From IMG/VR virus record IMGVR_UViG_3300033121_000983, positions 32,001-96,000 of that record: DNA of 64,000 bases. One strand, given 5' to 3'. This document shows positions 62,190-64,000 of the stretch, piece by piece (position 1 is the stretch's first letter; every line of letters begins with the position of its first letter). Below the pieces are notes generated by a model that was given only the letters and a program-made list of their open reading frames with translations, ran no database searches and was not told the origin of the DNA. Position numbers and translations under genes: made by a program. This stretch comes from a virus. Its lineage: Duplodnaviria > Caudoviricetes.

Positions 62190-64000
62190 CTACGCCGCGA
62201 AGTTCTGGAGCACAGCTAACTGGCACAGCGTGGGGAAATCGGCATCAGCAACGCACGCTGCCAGCGTCGCCACTTTGTAAAGCGCGTACTGTCGCGCCAG
62301 CCCCTCTGCGGCTGGCGAAACATCACGCACACCTGGGTTAAATCGCGTAGGCGTGTGGAGCACCGACATCTGTGCGGCGCGCTTCACGTTCTCGATTGTC
62401 AGCGGCGCTTGTGGCAGCTGCGCAAGCTTCAGTGACGCGCGTTTCACGACGTACGGGTTACGCGCGAGCAGCTCATCCATATCGGCAGCGAACAACAACG
62501 AGCTGAAAGCGTGCGGCACCGCGGCGAGCGCATTGCGGATACCGGCCGTCTTCTCAGCATCCTCGCCTGCTGCCCAGGTGAAAAAGTCTCGCGCAGACAG
62601 CAACGTGCGGGATTGCTGCAGCACTGCCAGCGCGGGTTCGAACTGCAATCCCGCGAATTGCACCGCACTGGCGAGCTTCGTCACTCGTAACTGTCCGACA
62701 CCCTGCAGCAGCCCATTTTCCTGTGCGGTCAGTGGGCGACTACGCAGCGTCTGTTCGTATGCGGCCAATTTCGGCAGCACGTACAGCTGCTGCGACAGCG
62801 CATCTTGATCGGGCGGCAGATACTGTTCGGCCAGTTCGGCGCCGCCCATGACGTTTAGCAGTCCGGCTTCCTTGAAGTACGACGCCAATCCGCCGAACGC
62901 AATACGGTCGGCGTGCGTAGGAACTTCCGAGATGTCGAACCATTTCGGATTCGGATTGTCGACGTACTGCTGAAAACCATCGCTGGCAGTTTTCGTCAAC
63001 CCGCTACGACAACCGAACCCGCGATAACCGGTCTGCGGATTCACGCATTCCGACTCTTCACAGTACTCCGCGCGGGAGCGTGCTTTCTTGCAGCAATTAG
63101 CACACTCGTCGTGGCTGATCGAGCAGTTGTGACTGGCCAGACCTGCGAGCGAGTATGAGTGATCGTCCGCAACTTCGAAATTGTAGGTCTGGATGTCCGT
63201 CACGTATCGCCGTTCCACAGCGCGCAGACGGTACGAAGCCTCACGGCCGGACCACGCAATTGTCCGGCTGCCGTAACGCACGCAGACACCACGACGGTTT
63301 CCCGTCAGCGAGTGTTGCCAGCGCTTCTCGCTGTTTCCGCATTTTTGCGAATACTTCACCAGCGCACCGGCATCAGCCGGACAGATCGACAGCACGTACT
63401 CGACACCATCGGCGTAGCTGCCGTTATTCTTGGAATGCTTGATGCGCCCGATAACGCACGCAAGCCCAAGCGACAGCAGCAGGTCCCTGGCGCCGTACAG
63501 CGCCAGTAAGTTGCAGCTGCTGATGTGGGCGCCTCCGGCGTCCGTCCAACCATCGCCGTCGATCCAGCGCCCTAGAAACGCCAGTTTCACGGTATCCCGC
63601 GCGCCGTACAGGCCGAGTGGCACGCGTTTACTGTGACCTCCGGTGCCGATCAGCTTGGAACAGTACGTCGCTAGCGCCGTGCTGCAGAACTGCATCGAGA
63701 ACGCTACCGCAGAATTCAACTTCGGCTTGATTGTGACTGCCACGTCTGGCCAGTGGTGATTGATGACCTCGGCGACGCAATGTGTCGCCCAGTCGTCGCC
63801 GTGTGTCGTAAACTCCAGTGTCGACGGCTTCTCTCCGTTGTAACGGATGCTACCTTCGGCCATGTACGTTCCGAGAATCTCGGCCAACTCCTCGTTGTCC
63901 AGAACAGCTACGCCTGGTACCGCACGATCGGCAATGCACGCCCGCAGGCGATCGCTTGGATTGAAGTCGCCGGCCGATCCCCACTCGAATTGTGCGTCTA
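62190..64000 (-). CDS. Prohead maturation protease-like protein containing an intein (5' end outside the window)
   Basis: Frame open to the window edge. C-extein CSISHDECANC...YC...WFDISEVPTHAD resembles the HK97/herpes-type protease C-terminal motifs. First gene of the head cluster. Confidence 0.72.
   Translation of the reverse strand, partial: DAQFEWGSAGDFNPSDRLRACIADRAVPGVAVLDNEELAEILGTYMAEGSIRYNGEKPSTLEFTTHGDDWATHCVAEVINHHWPDVAVTIKPKLNSAVAFSMQFCSTALATYCSKLIGTGGHSKRVPLGLYGARDTVKLAFLGRWIDGDGWTDAGGAHISSCNLLALYGARDLLLSLGLACVIGRIKHSKNNGSYADGVEYVLSICPADAGALVKYSQKCGNSEKRWQHSLTGNRRGVCVRYGSRTIAWSGREASYRLRAVERRYVTDIQTYNFEVADDHSYSLAGLASHNCSISHDECANCCKKARSRAEYCEESECVNPQTGYRGFGCRSGLTKTASDGFQQYVDNPNPKWFDISEVPTHADRIAFGGLASYFKEAGLLNVMGGAELAEQYLPPDQDALSQQLYVLPKLAAYEQTLRSRPLTAQENGLLQGVGQLRVTKLASAVQFAGLQFEPALAVLQQSRTLLSARDFFTWAAGEDAEKTAGIRNALAAVPHAFSSLLFAADMDELLARNPYVVKRASLKLAQLPQAPLTIENVKRAAQMSVLHTPTRFNPGVRDVSPAAEGLARQYALYKVATLAACVADADFPTLCQLAVLQNFAA
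63126..64000 (-). mobile_element. Intein with LAGLIDADG homing endonuclease (partial)
   Basis: LGTYMAEG and FLGRWIDGDG blocks, TYNFEVADDHSY, and terminal ASHN followed by Cys. Confidence 0.92.

Noticed and set aside
1-64000. Stop-codon reassignment
   Set aside because: Long genes tile the window under the standard code, and TAG, TGA and TAA all end genes at tight junctions.

Overview
This GC-rich 64-kb window is the virion-morphogenesis region of a large contractile-tailed dsDNA bacteriophage (myovirus, probably jumbo-type). On the minus strand, from the right end, it reads: intein-containing prohead protease (runs off the window), scaffold-like proteins, decoration protein, HK97-type major capsid protein, an accessory LamG cassette, neck proteins, sheath, tube, gp5/VgrG-like spike, frameshifted tail-assembly chaperones, tape measure, hub, a sigma-70 factor, gp25 and baseplate J. 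Next come a protease-based candidate lysis cassette, then a wedge protein and five paralogous Cys-rich tail proteins interleaved with mucin-like proteins and two glycosyltransferase genes. The left end holds an intein-split large terminase (+ strand), a primase-type Zn-finger protein, an RNase H-like protein, a possible degenerate HUH-Rep-like protein and an SbcD/Mre11 nuclease missing from the ORF track. Most notable observations: (1) a near-exclusive K-x-A motif in putative head-internal proteins, a candidate protease maturation code; (2) a 20-28 bp ACGT-centred AT-rich palindrome at seven sites, two inside genes; (3) an MMP-like zymogen + papain + thioredoxin-lipoprotein cassette in place of a classical endolysin; (4) a candidate tail O-glycosylation system; (5) a ~330-nt multi-domain structured RNA. 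All calls come from motif reading and synteny by eye; no database searches or folding programs were run.
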